Of a stretch of DNA of 64,000 nucleotides, positions 36,075-50,040 are shown piece after piece. The number at the start of each line of letters is the position of its first letter. The first letter of the stretch is position 1. Both the position numbers and the translations under genes were made by a program. The notes beneath the pieces were generated by a model. That model worked only from the letters and a program-made list of their open reading frames with translations, was not told the DNA's origin and did no database searches. Source of the DNA: Oikopleura dioica (Eukaryota; Animalia; Chordata); NCBI GenBank assembly GCA_907165135.1, contig OU015567.1, positions 6,324,001 through 6,388,000 on the forward strand, written 5' to 3'.

Positions 36075-38270
36075 TTATTGATCAGACTTCAAGCTCGGAC
36101 TTGTGGAATTGCAAACTGAGTCCGGTTTTTCCACCGTCGTTCTGACTTGAGGATCCGGCGTCGACAGCGCCTCAGTCGGCAGCTGCAGCGGCGTCACTTT
36201 ACCGAGAAGATCTTCCGTGGCCGTTTCCTGAGTTTGAGAATTGGAACTGTTTACGTTTTCACCGGTGAGAGAGCCAGGCTCACTTCCCTCCTCTTTTCCG
36301 CTCTTTTTATTACGCGAGTAAGGGCAGAAGCGGCGCTCGCCACGGGGAGGTAGCTCTTCGCCACGTTCTGCGGCCTAAATATGAACGTAATAAAAAACCA
36401 CAACCCAGAACTTGAAGAATAAATAAAAATAGATGATAAGATGGAAAAGAAGAAGCGTCAAGAATTATTCAGAAAAGAATAATTTCTATAGAAGAGCCCC
36501 AAAATAGCGTCTGAAGAGTTCGACCAATCAGAGCGCTTCATGTGGCTAGAATCTTCACGGTACTATTTTGAGCCTTGACTGTACAAAAGATGCTGTTTTT
36601 CCTACCTGATGCCGGAGTGATTTTAAATGCTGGACCAGCTGAGCTTCTGAGTTCAAAATGACATCGCATATTTTGCACTTGTACTGTCCCTAAATTCAAT
36701 GATAACCGCATTGAATGATAACTAGAAAGCAAACCACGCGTTTTATCGTTGGATCTTCAGAAGGCTTAGGCAGGAGCCCGAGTGAGACGAGCTTGTGCTT
36801 GGTGGATCCGAGGTGTTGAGTGAGCTGTTGCTGCGAGTTGACGGATAACTCGCAGACGGGGCAGTACAAATCTTTTGACTCCTCGATTTTCTCAATGCAT
36901 TCAGGCAGTGGATCGGGCAGGGTCACATTCTCGGATGCTTTAGGCCTCAGTTTGTTGCCTAAAATAGTTTTACTCGCTGTTCTCTTCCTTGATTTCAACG
37001 AAGACAGGTCTAAAATGAAAATTTCACTCAAGTATTTTCATTTTAACTGTCTGTATCATGAATAAAGAGAGTGTTTCTTAGATTTGTAAAGTGCTTACTT
37101 CGCTGTGGGTAAGCCGTCTGCGGGACAAGATGCGATGTTCCGGAGGAGGAGAGCTGCTATAAACAGTAAATCATTTATAAACAACAAATAATTTATAAAT
37201 TATAAATCAAAAGAGAAATTTTAAATTGGCGTATCTTTGGGCAGTCCAAAGTCAGCAAAAGAATAAAAAACGAATTTCAAACGGGAGAAATTCAAATTTG
37301 ACTAAATCATTAAATTAATCAGAACTCACCATTAATCCAGAAGCAGGACTTTGAACCATCGTTGCTAAAAAACACGAATTAATACACAAATTTAGCATTA
37401 AATACAACAACTGCCAATCATCACTGAATGTCAACACCGCAAAAGAATCGACAACAGTTGGTTTGATATTTCAGCACTTTGGCAAGCAAAAAAATCGAGC
37501 AAAAGAAAGAGAAGGGGCAAAGGAAATGCGTGTGCTGGGTTCGCGCCCTGTCACTCACACAAAATAGCGCATTAAAAGATCAGGCATCAGGATGTGAGTC
37601 GTAAATCACTGCGATGATTTGTGGATTATTCTCCTCAACTGTACTCAACTGTAACTCCCAAAATTTGGAGGCTCAATTTTTCGCATTAGTTTTAATGGGA
37701 TGGCTCCAGTGTTGATTCAATATACTGTATTGATTGTAAGTAGCTACTGTATTGCCAATCAAAGCAATACTGAGCTGGCTTACTGTCGTTTGACAGTAGT
37801 TGGTCGGAACAGATTAACCAGTAGCGGGAATCCGCAAGCCATAAATTACAGAATCGAAATGGGTAGCGTCAAATCCTGACGGCTAATTAATTTACAATCA
37901 CGCAAAGAAGATTAACTTTCGACCACATAAGATAATGAATTTGAACAATCTGGCTCGTCAGATTGACTGTGGCGGTTTTTCTCTTTCAGCTGGCCGGATT
38001 ATTCAAAAGCGACTTCCAGGGAGAGCGATTTTCAAACTACTTACGTTGTAAAAACGGGAACTGCATGGAATACCCCGCCATTTGAGGGAGCAAAATTTGT
38101 TGTTGCATTTGCAGCGCGGCTTGGTTCATCATGTTGGCCTGGTTCGCCATTCCTTGCATTTGAGGCATGATGATGTAGCTGCCCATATATTGGCTGACAG
38201 CAGCCTGGTTGGTCACTCCTTGCATGTTAATGCCGTCTCCAGTTGTATGATGCGTGCTGGGTCGGATCAT
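36075..38270 (-). CDS. Matrin-type C2H2 zinc-finger RNA-binding protein, ZNF385/ZMAT-like
   Basis: YCPVCELSVNSQQQLTQHLGSTKH and YKCKICDVILNSEAQLVQHLKSLRH; Q/M-rich first exon ending at a GT donor. Confidence 0.82.
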
Positions 38271-39559
38271 CTAAACATTATACGATTAGTATACGAAAAT
38301 GCATTAGTGACGCTCGCTCAAAAAAGAGAGGTGTTGTTCCTGCACCTTCGCTTGTTTCGGCTGATCGAGGTCAGAAGATGAGGGGGTCACAAGTTCTACT
38401 TCACCCACTTTTCTCTTGCCCATATTTTTGAATATAAAAAAAAAGTAATTAAATAAATTCGGGTTGTGCTCGCGCGCCTGAATCCTCAGTGTGCCCAACG
38501 GCGTAGCCCAAGGCGGCACCCGAGATTAACCATTCGTCGCCCCAGGGCATCTTTCCCCTCGCTCAAGGCACTAGACGTGTTATCGCGGAGAAACCGCTAA
38601 TCACAACACAGGCGACCGCGAAAGTGCAAAACGCGCGGTTAGAAACGAGCTCGATCAAAACCACGACAATTCTTTCGATTGGGCTCAAGTTGATCCCCCG
38701 AGGTCAAATCTACCCGTGCGCGCGGCGATTATGGGCGAAGAAGGGGCATACGAGGCGAGATTTATGCTCTTGCTCCCACTTGGTGATAGGAAAATTCATC
38801 AAGAGAATGAATATACAAGCAGTAAAAGCAGGTTCTTACGGATGATATCGAATAATATCGATTTCAAAAACCAGCTAATACGCATTCAATTCATTCTTAT
38901 ATATAATATATTCGATAATGCATATAAAATTCATCGTCAAAATGCCCAAAATATGTCGATATCAAAAAAATATATACACCGAGATGAATGTTAATATTAG
39001 AAAATATAGGGTAGACACTGCAGTCTTTGTTGATTGCAGAAGAAAAATAGCTCAGTTCAGATTTATTGTTTATTGTTGCGAGAACCTTATTTTCTCAACC
39101 AATTTGGTACCACTTCAAACCGCCGCTCCCACGATAAATATTTGTTATGATCGGAAGATGGCGGCAATTAGGCGAAACATACCAAGCTTTACTTTTTTTG
39201 GAAGCATAAATCATCGGATAAATTGGCCCTGTTTCGTAATAAACTGAACTACTCGTAATACTAATCGTAAAAGCGAAAATGAGAAAGGGAGATCGTAGAT
39301 CAAAAGAGAAGGTCAGTGGAGATTCGTGTGAGCGCTGGAAATGGGCGATTATCATAGTTAAACCATATCCGGTGCTGACAGGACGAGCTTTGCGGAAGGA
39401 GCTCTCAATAATTTACAGATGCAGATAAAAACGGTGGCAATGAAAGGGTTTTCTCTCGAAAAAATCATGCAAAAGAAAATCGACTGTAGCAAGGAAGTGA
39501 TCAAAAAGCTAATTCGGACGTTGAAAACATGATTTTTTGAAAGACCACCAACTCTAGAA

Positions 39560-39725
39560 TGGCTGGGGTGCGAGGCCGGGGCAACGGGACAACTGCCCCG
39601 TCCCGAGCCCCCTTTCGCCCCGCTTCGGGACCGGGACGGGGCACCAGCATGCGTTGCCCCGTTCTGTCCCGTTTTTGGCAACCGGGGCAAAACGGGACGG
39701 GACGGGGCACCGATACTCCCTACCC
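39560..39725. repeat. GC-rich cluster of CGGGAC/GCCCCG motifs in both orientations, probable MITE remnant
   Basis: Repeated CGGGAC, CCCGTCCCG and CGGGGC in an AT-rich background. Confidence 0.6.
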
Positions 39726-42700
39726 CATTTCGCACCATTCTTCGAATGGAATTCTCACTTACCGTTAGTCTGTGCCTTAAAATTTGCCCTTTTCACGGAT
39801 TCAAACTTTCAGTTTTGACCTCTTCGAAAAAAGCAATAGTAGTATTTTCTCTCTCTTTCAAGGAATTTGAATTTGAATTTGTTTTGTCTCTCTCTCTCTT
39901 CCCGAAAATCTTCCTGTCAAAACACGCGCAAAGGAAAGCCGAGGAAAAATATTTTAAGAAGGATTAGTTTACACTGCGAAGGTATTCTTTTATGTATTTA
40001 GTTGAAACATTAAAGACGAGTGCCCTCAGAGCGCCGTAAAAACGCGCTAATTTTCAGCGCCTATTAGCAACCCCCGAGAAAAGTGATCTTGACATTTAGC
40101 ATCTGCCCTGAGTTATGGCTTCTATTTGATGGGGTTTAACTTTGATTTGATGGATTATTTGATTGAGACCTTTTTTTTAATAAAAAATTTGAAGTTGAAG
40201 TTCTTCATTTTTTTATTTTATTTAAGAAAGACTTACCTTTTGAAATTCATTTCGAAAAAAAAACTTGGGCTTCTGAAAAATCTTCGTTCTATTTTCCCCT
40301 CTGCGAACTCTCTATCTCTCTCTTTCCTTGAGTATCAGATTTATCTGAGCGCCGCCGCGGTCGCCTTTTTGACGTGCGAACAAGCAATTAACGGTAATAC
40401 TTCGATTGATTTCTTTTTAAATATTTGTTATGCCCTGGCCCCAGGCGTGAGCGATCAGTTCCGGCCAAGAGCTCTGATCTTGGAGAGAAAGAAAGAGAGG
40501 GCGCAGCATGGAGTGTGTGTGCTTCTCCCATGGAGCGGGGAATTGATAATGTTTGCTAATTGCAGGCCCGCTTCCAATGGTGCTGACCCCATCGGAAATA
40601 CATCACGCCCTTGATTGATTTACCTTTGTTCCTCAATTCTTACGGTAGTTACTATTATTGGAAACGATTCTGTGGATAAAAAAGCCTCAAAGATTTAACA
40701 TAGTGATCTCCTTAAAATTCTCTCAATTATTTAAGGGTGTCAAAACGATAAATTAAGGAAAACACTCTACTATTGGTAAATAGCTGGATTCTTGATGCCG
40801 ACCTTGCTTTTTTTGAATCAGCATTATACGAGAAAAACCAGCGCTTTTTCTGGCAGAGGAAATGACCTACTCATAATTACACTTTTATTACCATTTTGGC
40901 TCGTGATCTGACTATTCACAACTCTTTTTAAAAGCCGTAAAGATCATAAGACTTCTTTTCAAATAAACGGCGAGTAAAAACTTGGGCTTCAAGTCGGACA
41001 GAATAATACAGTATCATCTCGACAATAAAGCAAATAATGGCAAAGGTCGCTTCTCATTTCTGGAAAGGTTGAAAAGCCACTGGCGGCTCTTTTATTTCGG
41101 CAATTTGCTTTGCCGAAAATTGACCCGCGAAAATTGAACTTTTCAAGCTTTTCTTTTGCTAATTAGTCTGTGATTGAATAATTGGCAATTGAAAATTCAA
41201 TATTGCCCGATTTTGAAATCAACAAGGAAAAAAGAATTGCTGTACTTTAGAACGAAGAAATACTGAATAATTAATCGCAGATTCATCGGATTACAGTAAT
41301 GAACAGTAATGCGGATCAGAAATCAATGAACCTGTCACGCTAAAATCTTTTTTTCGAATTCAACCTGCGTTGACGGCGTATTGACTTGCCAACTCGCTAT
41401 TTTTTCTATATTTGACTAAAAGGGATTTTGGGCTGAAGCACCAAAACCGCATTTAATAAAATATTGAAGTCGAAATTGATGCTATATTCTCGCGAAATCT
41501 ACGACTGTAATCGTCCATACAGAATTTGAGGCAAGAATTTGACAGAAGATTGTTGATGAAACTTAAAAAATAGGGCCCAAGTTTTTTCTTCTTAGAGTTA
41601 ATTTAACGATCGTCAATTTTCCATCTTGAAATTTTGGGTCTAAGATTGTCGATAATTCTTTAGAAATGAGGCCAAAGTTTGTATATTTAGGGCAAAATCT
41701 GAAGATCAACAATCTTTGGCTCAGTTTCTGAAGTTTTATGAACAATTTTGGACAATTTTTTGGTCATTTTGATGTCTAGTGAAAAAACTAATTCTAGGAT
41801 ATGTTTTCTTCAACTAGAAAATGATTCTAGTTTTTTTAACGAAAGACGGAAGTTGAATATTCTTGACAAAATTGTGGCGAATCGATTATTTCTCCCTTTC
41901 GCTAAAAAAAACGACGTGCAAAGTGGATTTTCCAAAATAAACAAAGAGGATGAAAGGTCTCGGTCAAAACAACGTCGCTGTTTTCACCCGATTAGTGAAA
42001 GGCTTCTAGTGTTGCTTTTGCCAGGAGACGCTCAGGGCGCATTATTTTGACAAGCGTTTCTCTCAGGGGCGGGTTTATTCAAGCCCGAGTCCTTGAGAAC
42101 TGTCTGAGTAACTCACTACACTAGGATAATCCGCTCAGACGAGAATAATAATAATAATGATGCCTTGATCCTATCTCGACCGTATCGGATAAAAGATAAA
42201 CATGCAAATAGACGATTATCTTGAAGAAATCAGACATTTTCGGAACGCTTCAAAGAATTTCAAATTTCAGCTTTTCTGCAATGTAGCTTTTGCAGCGTTT
42301 TTTTTTTTGCCGAGAATTCTAGCAAAGAGAAAATTCTTCAAGCAGAATTGAAGAGTTGGAGCGCGAGTTGAGAAAAATTCCAAGCTGGAAAGATTGATCT
42401 GGTCAAATTCTTTGATTGAATTCTAGCAGAAGAAAAATGTCCTCCGCAATGTGAATTGGCAAATTCAAGAGCTAATTCTCGATTCAATTCAAAGTCTTTC
42501 AAATCCGCTTGTCCCATAATAACGCTGCTCCATTCAACCACCGGTTGTTTTGCTTTTCAACAATAAATTAACTGTACAACAAGTGTTATGACAAATTAAG
42601 CAACTAAAAACGGCTAGGAATAAGGCCGCGTACTAGCAATGATATTCAATAATCCAAATCCGCCTTGGTTCATAATTTGACGCAAAAGCTCTTTTCATTC

Positions 42701-43162
42701 CGCAAAATTGAACCTAATCCAAGGCGCCTTAGACGGAGGCTATTTCCTCCTTGCCCCCGTGACAAGCGTTAAATCTCCGATTTACCTGCTTGTTTCTTCT
42801 GTTTCTGCAAGCAACGGGCTTCTATTTCCAGCGCGCTTCGTTTCGCCTCTCTCTTCCCTTCTCCTCTCTTTCTTTCTCGATCTGTTGTGTTGTATATTTG
42901 TTATTTTATCGGAATAAGAATATTGCTTTCTATCTTTATGACAATATATTTCGACGTGGATTTCGCGCCAGCAAGCTAAATGCTCGAGATGCTCGAGAGA
43001 CCAAACGCGGCGAAAAAAAGGTCGCCGCTTTTGCGCCACCAATCACCGTCACTCCACCGCAGCCATGCTCCTCCACCGCCAGGAATTCAACAGGCCTAAT
43101 TTGTCCGACAAAGCAGTTTTTCAAATTTCATGCATCAAAATAACAAGCTAGAGTCTACTAGA

Positions 43163-43403
43163 CTGCGGAAACTTGGGTAGAAAGCCTGAGTCAGGATCTG
43201 GAAGAACTGAAATGAAAAGCCGCGTAGCGGCTTTTTCAAAAACGAAGCCGCAAAGCGGCTTCGCTAATATTAGCATTTAAATCTATCAAAAATTGTAGCG
43301 TAGCCGCTCCGCGGCTTCGTTTTTGAAAAAGCCGCTGCGCGGCTTTTCATTTCTGTTCTTCCAGACCCTGACTCAGGCTTTCTACACAGGTTCCCGAGCC
43401 CAG
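43163..43403. mobile_element. MITE family A, long copy
   Basis: GTAGAAAGCCTGAGTCAGGATCTGGAAGAACTGAAATGAAAAGCCGCGTAGCGGC ... with its inverse, ending CTACACAGGTTCCCGAGCCCAG. Confidence 0.88.
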
Positions 43404-44644
43404 ATTTACGAGCTCCAAAGACATGCAATTAAAATAAATAATTGAAAGCCACTTGTCTTAGCCCACTATATTTAACATAAAAATGCACCTGCGCTCAGAC
43501 TCTTCTGACCGAGTCGCTGACGCAACCAGAAACATCAATGACGGCAAAATAATCTGGGGAGCCAAAAATAGCGAAAATAAATCCAATACGCGGCGGTGCC
43601 AAAAAAAGGTTTTGCATTTCATCGCGTCGCCTTCAACTTGCGCAGTTGTTTCATGAAGAAGCCAAGAAGCGCGTAAACAATTTATCGAAATTTGCATCAC
43701 TGGATGCGGCCAGTTTTAGTTGTTCGTTGAAATACTCAAACTTCAATTAACTTAAGGTCTTCAACTAAAAAAGTAGCACCCTTTGAAACGGATTTAAAAC
43801 TAATTTTTAATAAAAATTAAGGGTTTCCCTCAACTAAAAACCCAAAAATAGCTTGCTTCTAGCAACGTGACCGGCCTGTATACCCTTAAATTGTTGATCA
43901 TAAGGGGAACGGTTCTAGTCAAGGGTTGTATCTAGAAGTTCCAATTGAAATTAAGGGTGTATCTAAGATAGTTGCGGAGAAAAACTTGCTCCTAGGAGCC
44001 CCATTTCTGGTGGGGGGGGTCCTTAAAACCAAGTCTTTATTCCGCCTGACGAAGCTATTCTTTTACAGTGAATCGGCATGAAATCGTTAACATGTGCATC
44101 GAGGAGCAACAACATCATTTTACATATGATTGATTTTTGATTTTTTTGCTAAAAAGGGTTCATCCGAGATAATACATCCAACATGTCAATCGTCGTTGAT
44201 TTTTTGAGTCTTTGATGAATAAAAGAGAGGCCTTTCTTTTCTTGACTCTTATGCGCCATCTGGACATTTTTATTTTTTGAATAAATCGATTCATTCGAGA
44301 TCAAGCGTAATCCCACTCTGCTGCACAAATGGCAAAGAGCTTGAAATATATGCATCATTTAACAGTAAATAGTTGATTGTCTCAAGATAATTCGATTACA
44401 AACTATTTGAATTAGAGTCTAAGGGGTTTATTCTTGGGGATATTCTAAAAAGAACAGGTTTCTAGTTGGCACAATTTTTCGAATGAGTTAAAAGCGGTCT
44501 TCCCGACCGACCGGATAAATAGTAGTCTTACGGGCTGTTATTTTGAAAGTGGTTAGGTTTAGTAGTTACCGGTTTTTGTGGTTGGTCCGGTGAAGGCTAG
44601 ATTCTCTTTGTCAAATAGATCGTCATACAGAGTTGCAAATTTCG

Positions 44645-45052
44645 CGAGCTAGTTGAGCTACAGCTCAGCTCAGCTCAGCAATTTTTAGATGAGGGTCAGC
44701 TCAGCTCAATTTTTCTGAAGAAAGCCAGCTCAGCTCAGCTTATTGTTTCTTCGAAAAGAGCTAGCTCAGCTCACCTAGCTCAGTTTGACAAATCGTGAGC
44801 TCAGCTTAGCTCAAAAATTTTCAGAGAAGCCCAGGCTCAGCTCCGCTCATTGTTTCTTCGAAAAGAGCTAGCTCAGCTCAGTTAACTCAGTTTGAAAAAT
44901 CATGAGCTCAGCTCAGCTCAAAAATTTTTAGAGCCCAAACTCAGCTCAGCTCATCTCAATTAAAAAAAACCAGCTCAGCTCAGTGGTTTTTTTTAAAAGA
45001 GGCCAGCTCAGCTCAATTTGGACCTCAGCTCAGCTAGCTCAGCTCAGTAAAA
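44645..45052. repeat. (CAGCT)n array with a ~120-bp higher-order duplication
   Basis: Dense AGCTCAGCTC runs; ATTGTTTCTTCGAAAAGAGCTAGCTCAGCTCA occurs twice, about 120 bp apart. Confidence 0.85.
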
Positions 45053-45519
45053 ATTTTCAAAAATTTGCAATTCTGTCGTCATATACAATAAAAAAAAGAA
45101 GAAGGAGAAGATTGATAAAGATGGTTAGATTCTTGTTGAAATTTTCGACGATACAGGAGGATAAAGTCTGTATCGTGAAGAAATCATCAGCTCCAGACGA
45201 TAGAAGTATCCATAGAAACGGAACTGGTGGAAATTATCTGGATACAAGTCAACTTTCTAAATTTAATCAGTCGGAGCTTCATTGTGGCACTTTTGGTGTC
45301 CGGAACACGGGCGATGTTTGAGCTGCCGTGTTTTGTATCAATTATTGGACTTCGATTCTTTCTGGCTATTATATTCAAATTTGATAAAGTGAACGTACGT
45401 ACTATTACTTCCAGACGCGGAATCGAGAGCACTGGGTTTTTTAGATCCTCAATAAGTATTACGGAAAAAGTACAAATCGATAAAATTGGTTTATATTCGA
45501 ACGAACTTTACTTTTTTAC

Positions 45520-46726
45520 CCAGACCAGAGAATACAGAATGGAAGGTAAGATCAAGTCGAAAATCAGCCAACTAAAAGAGGGGAAAATTTAAGCAATCAG
45601 CAAGATTCTCCAAGTCACAGCCGTAGAAGGCGTCCAACCAGTTTTCACCTTTCAAAAGATTGATGGCCAGACACACATGATGATCAAGTGGCCAAAAGCT
45701 CCCCCTCCACCGCCAATTATCAACCCTCTTTTCATCCATGCTCTGAGAGCCCAAGCTCAAGCAAATCAACACCAACTCGTTTCGCAACTTTCTTCCCAGC
45801 GAAATCTTCTCTCCCAAAATCTCGGTACTCAAATGGCTCTTTTAAAAGCTCAGGGTGCACAAATTCCGCCGCAAAGAAAACCACCAAGGTATGAAAAAAA
45901 TTTCTCTTTCGGAAAATGAAACAAAGCCTTTTTTCAGTGAAATCGAAAAGGAAAAGGAACGATTTGGATTTTTCAGCCAGCACTTGGAAGAGATCTACAA
46001 GAAGTATGATATCAACAAGGAGTGCATCCAGGGCGGGTCAGAAGAGGAACTCCTTCATCCTCCGCTAAAACATCTTGGCTATCGGACAGAGAGCCAAATT
46101 CATCTGATGCGCAGAATGAGATACATTTCCAACAAATTGTCACTCACTACCGTAAGTAGCACCACCTCAAAATTTGGGCAGAACCAAAAAAAGGAAGTGA
46201 TTTTCTGGATCAGGATTTTGATTTGCCGGTAGGCCGAATACAGCAATCTTATTGGTTATTTACGTAATTGGTAATTCACCAATAAGATTGCTGTATTTGG
46301 CCTACCGGCCAATCAAAACCCAGATCCAGAAAATCACTTCCATTTTTAGGTTCTTCCCAAAATTTGGGGTCTAAGAAAAGGTGCTTCGAGTAAAATGCTT
46401 TTAAGGATACGTACCCCGATTACGAATCAGCAGTAAGTCTCATCCTCGACAGCTTCGCAATCACGAAAGACAAAGTCGACGAAGAAAGCTATCGCCGAAA
46501 AATGAACTTTTTACTTCGGTAGGGAAATTTTCTTTATTTGGCATTTGTATAACTTACAATAAGAAAACGGATAAACAATCGGCGCTGGTTTCTGAAGAAA
46601 AAACTCAACGACGAGAATTCTAATGAAGAAGACAGAGCATCGAAGCGGATGAAAACGGAAGTAGACATTAATAGTCATTCCAGCGAGTCCAAAGCCACGA
46701 ACGACTCTTTTGACTCTCCTGAATAA
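45520..46726 (+). CDS. Uncharacterised protein, Pro/Gln-rich middle; multi-exon; start not resolved
   Basis: Exon-like open frames ISKILQVTAVEGVQPVFTFQKIDGQTHMMIKWPKAPPPP..., EIEKEKERFGFF... and ...KRMKTEV...DSPE* separated by GT-AG introns. Confidence 0.55.
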
Positions 46727-46769
46727 AAATGATAGATAGAAAACAGTGTGGAAAAGGAAAGTTATGGCT

Positions 46770-47425
46770 GAGATTTTAGGAGGGTGCGCGCTTTTGTCGC
46801 TTTGACAAAGTCTTCCATGGGAATTCCGATTTCAGATTCCTTTTTGAGGCTCTTCCAGATCTCGTTTGCTTTGTCGTTTGCTGCTTCCTGGCATACTTTT
46901 CCGCCGGTCAGTGCCACCATCGCCTAAAAAATGACCGTCGAATAAGCGCTAGAGTTTTGATTTTACCTTGATGAGGTCGATGAGCTCGCTCTTGTCGAGA
47001 ATCCCATCCCCGTTCTGGTCGAAAATCTCGCAAAGCCAGGTCAGTCGCTCGTGAAGGCTTCCTCTTGCCATGACTGACATTGTGCTAGAATTCGATAAGC
47101 AAAGAATGGAACGGGAGAGTTTTTACCTGATGAACTCGACGAAGCAAATATGCCCATCGTTGTTGATATCAGTCCTGTCGAAAAGAACCTGCGTGAAGGT
47201 AGAAATGTCGCCATTCGGAAACATGATTGAATAAATTGTCGAAAACTCGGATCTGGACAGAGCGCCAGTTGGGCAATCAACGAGGAATCCTCGATGCCAG
47301 TTGAGAATCTCTTGCTCGGTGACTGAAAATATAGGAGTTGGCAAGTAACTAGATGACTTACATTTGGTTTGAGAAAGAATGAGCTTCATCTTCTTTTCAC
47401 TGAGTTTGCTGCTCTTGTGGCCCAT
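46770..47425 (-). CDS. Neuronal calcium sensor family protein (frequenin/hippocalcin-like); 3' end approximate
   Basis: MGHKSSKL myristoylation start; WHRGFLVDCPTG; EF-hands DINNDGHICFVE and DQNGDGILDKSE. Confidence 0.88.
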
Positions 47426-47784
47426 TATTTTTCTCTTTTTCTGGTGTTGAAAGTTTTTTGTTCTGAAAAAATCCTCTCTGACCGAGCTTAAATACCGGTC
47501 ACGATTGTGATCAAGATTGTGGTACCCATGCCGCTTAAAAATGGTTCGATCGTTACGGTCTACCGACCATCGATCAGGATGTCTGCCAAAAATTTCACGC
47601 CATCTTGTTACACTTAGTCTAATACTGCTGCGCCTATTTGGTAATAAACAGTACAGTCACTCTCTAAAACCTTGTGATCACCGCAAGTATTACGCTTTCC
47701 CGTTGTTCTAGAGCTCCGTTTGTTGATTCTTTTTTTCAAATTTTGTAACTTTGAAACTTGGTGATTTTGGAACAAATGTTTCTA

Positions 47785-49262
47785 GATAAAATGTTGTTGT
47801 CAGGCCTGCGTGGTGTAAAGTGGTCAGTCTCCGGATTTATTCCGGTCCGAACGCGACTGTTAGAGAGTAAGTACAGAGATAATTGAGGAATTAAACGGTT
47901 GTTTTTTTGGAAAAACTTGAGTTTCAAAATTATTTTAGCAGGAAAAGAGGGAAGCCAGAGAAGACAACAGTCTGGTTCCTCCCCTCGTACGATCGACCAT
48001 CGAGTCTTGAGTGAAAATGTTCCCGAAAAGCTCAAGACTCAAGACCACCAGCTCTGTTCCAGACGGAATCTGAAACAGCTTCCGAAAATGGTTAGATACG
48101 TACGAGCCTCCAGGAAATGGCTGGATACTTACGAACCGCCTAAAAAAGGGGCTGGACATTTGAGATTACCTGTACAAACCCAAATAACTACTTTTTCTGC
48201 AAGAAAACCTGTGATATCATCTTTTTTTTAACAACGGTAATTTGATTTCTGTTCGTTTTAGATTGCGCTGCATGCCGAATTTGCTGATCACGGAAGCGCG
48301 CGAGCCGGAAGCGCAATCGAAGAAGTCGGAGAAAAAGGGGCCTGTCCAGGTGATGGTCGACGATCTGGCAATTCCAGTGCCTCAGTTTGGAGTTGCTAAC
48401 TCAACCCCTAAATTTTCTCAGTTGAAGGAATAGTTGAACATACCTTTCTATTAGTTCAAATTAATCAACTACTAAATCAACTTCCTAGTCAATTCGTACT
48501 ATTCAACTCCGTTAAAGGTTGAGGAGCGAAAGGGTAGCTTGTGTCTTAAGGTGAGTCCCTCCCCCCTTATTCCCTTCTTTGAACCCTTTTCTAGAGCAAT
48601 CATATGCAATATGGACCAAGAACATTGAACTACGAGTGGCACTCCGACCGAGAAGCTGAGCCAAAGGAACGGGTCCTTCCAGAGCCTTAGAGCTAATTAA
48701 ATACCTCTTTGGACCCATGATAAAGGACTACGATGTCACTGCCGTCAGCGATCGAGATCGAAACCAGCATCTGGCCACTTACAAAAACATCGGCTTCGAC
48801 AAGCCAGTCATTCCAATTTCCACGACCAAGGACGGCCTCGAGCAGCCGTTCAAGCAGAGGCGTTTCTACGAGCCTGTTTCTAAGACAACGGTAGTTCGGA
48901 GAAATGTTTCGTGATGAGAAAAAATTAAGGGAATGGTCGATTCAACTGGATACCGCCTCTTGACGAAAAACTACTTGCGAAGCGGAAGCGACTGCGTTTC
49001 GACGAATCTGGACCACAACTGCGTGCGCTGGCAAGAAGTGCAAGCTCGCCACCACAAGCTCAAGACTCAACACTACGAGACGACGAACAAGGCGGACTAC
49101 ACCGTTCCCCATCCGGAGAAAATGGAAGGCGACCGAACCATCCCCCACCCTGCGACGCCGTCAATCAACACCTTCGGCAGGAAGCTGACGGATCGTGTTG
49201 CTTGCGACGCTCACCGACGCAAGGGCTCATTCAAATGGCTTGATACTTACGAACCCAAATAA
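47785..49262 (+). CDS. Uncharacterised protein(s) with repeated KLKTQ and KWLDTYEP motifs; possibly a ciliary microtubule-inner-protein type
   Basis: Exon-like ORFs at 47899-48231, 48242-48433, 48717-48914 and 48933-49262. ETTNKADYTVP resembles axonemal microtubule-binding short motifs (inference). Confidence 0.45.
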
Positions 49263-49981
49263 CTACTTTTTTATGTCAATAAGAAATATTTATTTTTGCA
49301 CAAAAAAATATTTTACAAGAAAAAAAATTTTCAAAAGAGCGATTTTTTTTCTTGTAAAAATTGTTGATTTCTTCCTTGTTTTCATATTTTTTCCCGAGCT
49401 TTTTCATAGTTTTCTGATGCTTAAAAATAATTGATCGGTGCAAGTTTCAACTCCGTTTTACAAAATATAAAAGATGACAAAAATAATCTTGTTTTAAACA
49501 AAAATAACTTGACGGGCGGATTGAAGCTGTATTGAACAAAAACACGATAATCATTTTCGTCCTTCACATTTTGCAAATTTAGGCGGAGATTTCTCGGCGC
49601 TCGCGCGGTAAATAAACGATCGAATCGATCCTTCATGTTTTTTCCAGGCGCTAGAAAAGTGCTTACAACAGGCTTTTCCAGCGTATTAAACTGGTCTCTT
49701 GATGTTTTAGGAAAATCCACGTGTAAACAACTTGTTCAAAAAAAAACTGATAGAAAAAATGGTAGAGACTTGTAGGAAGGAAATTGTTGTCCACAAAGTG
49801 AAGCCGGATTTTGAAAACTGCTATAAATAGAATCGCGACGGAGGGAGGAAATTCTTAGAGATATCCAAAAAAACCTCAAGAGGGCGTTCACTTGAGCGAG
49901 ATAAAGAGCGAAAAATTGGGTGGGAATTTCTAATTTTCGAAAGAAACATTTATCAAAATCACGATATCTTGATGCGTTTCC

Positions 49982-50040
49982 AATAATATATAATATAATA
50001 TAATATAATATAATATAATATAATATAATATAATATAATA
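49982..50040. repeat. (TAATA)n microsatellite
   Basis: About 12 pentamer units read directly. Confidence 0.95.

Noticed and set aside
39358-39768. GC-rich overlapping ORFs on both strands
   Set aside because: They arise from CGGGAC repeats; stop-poor composition and no domain.
44645-45052. Possible CRISPR-like array
   Set aside because: No constant repeat with unique spacers; a simple pentamer satellite in eukaryotic DNA.
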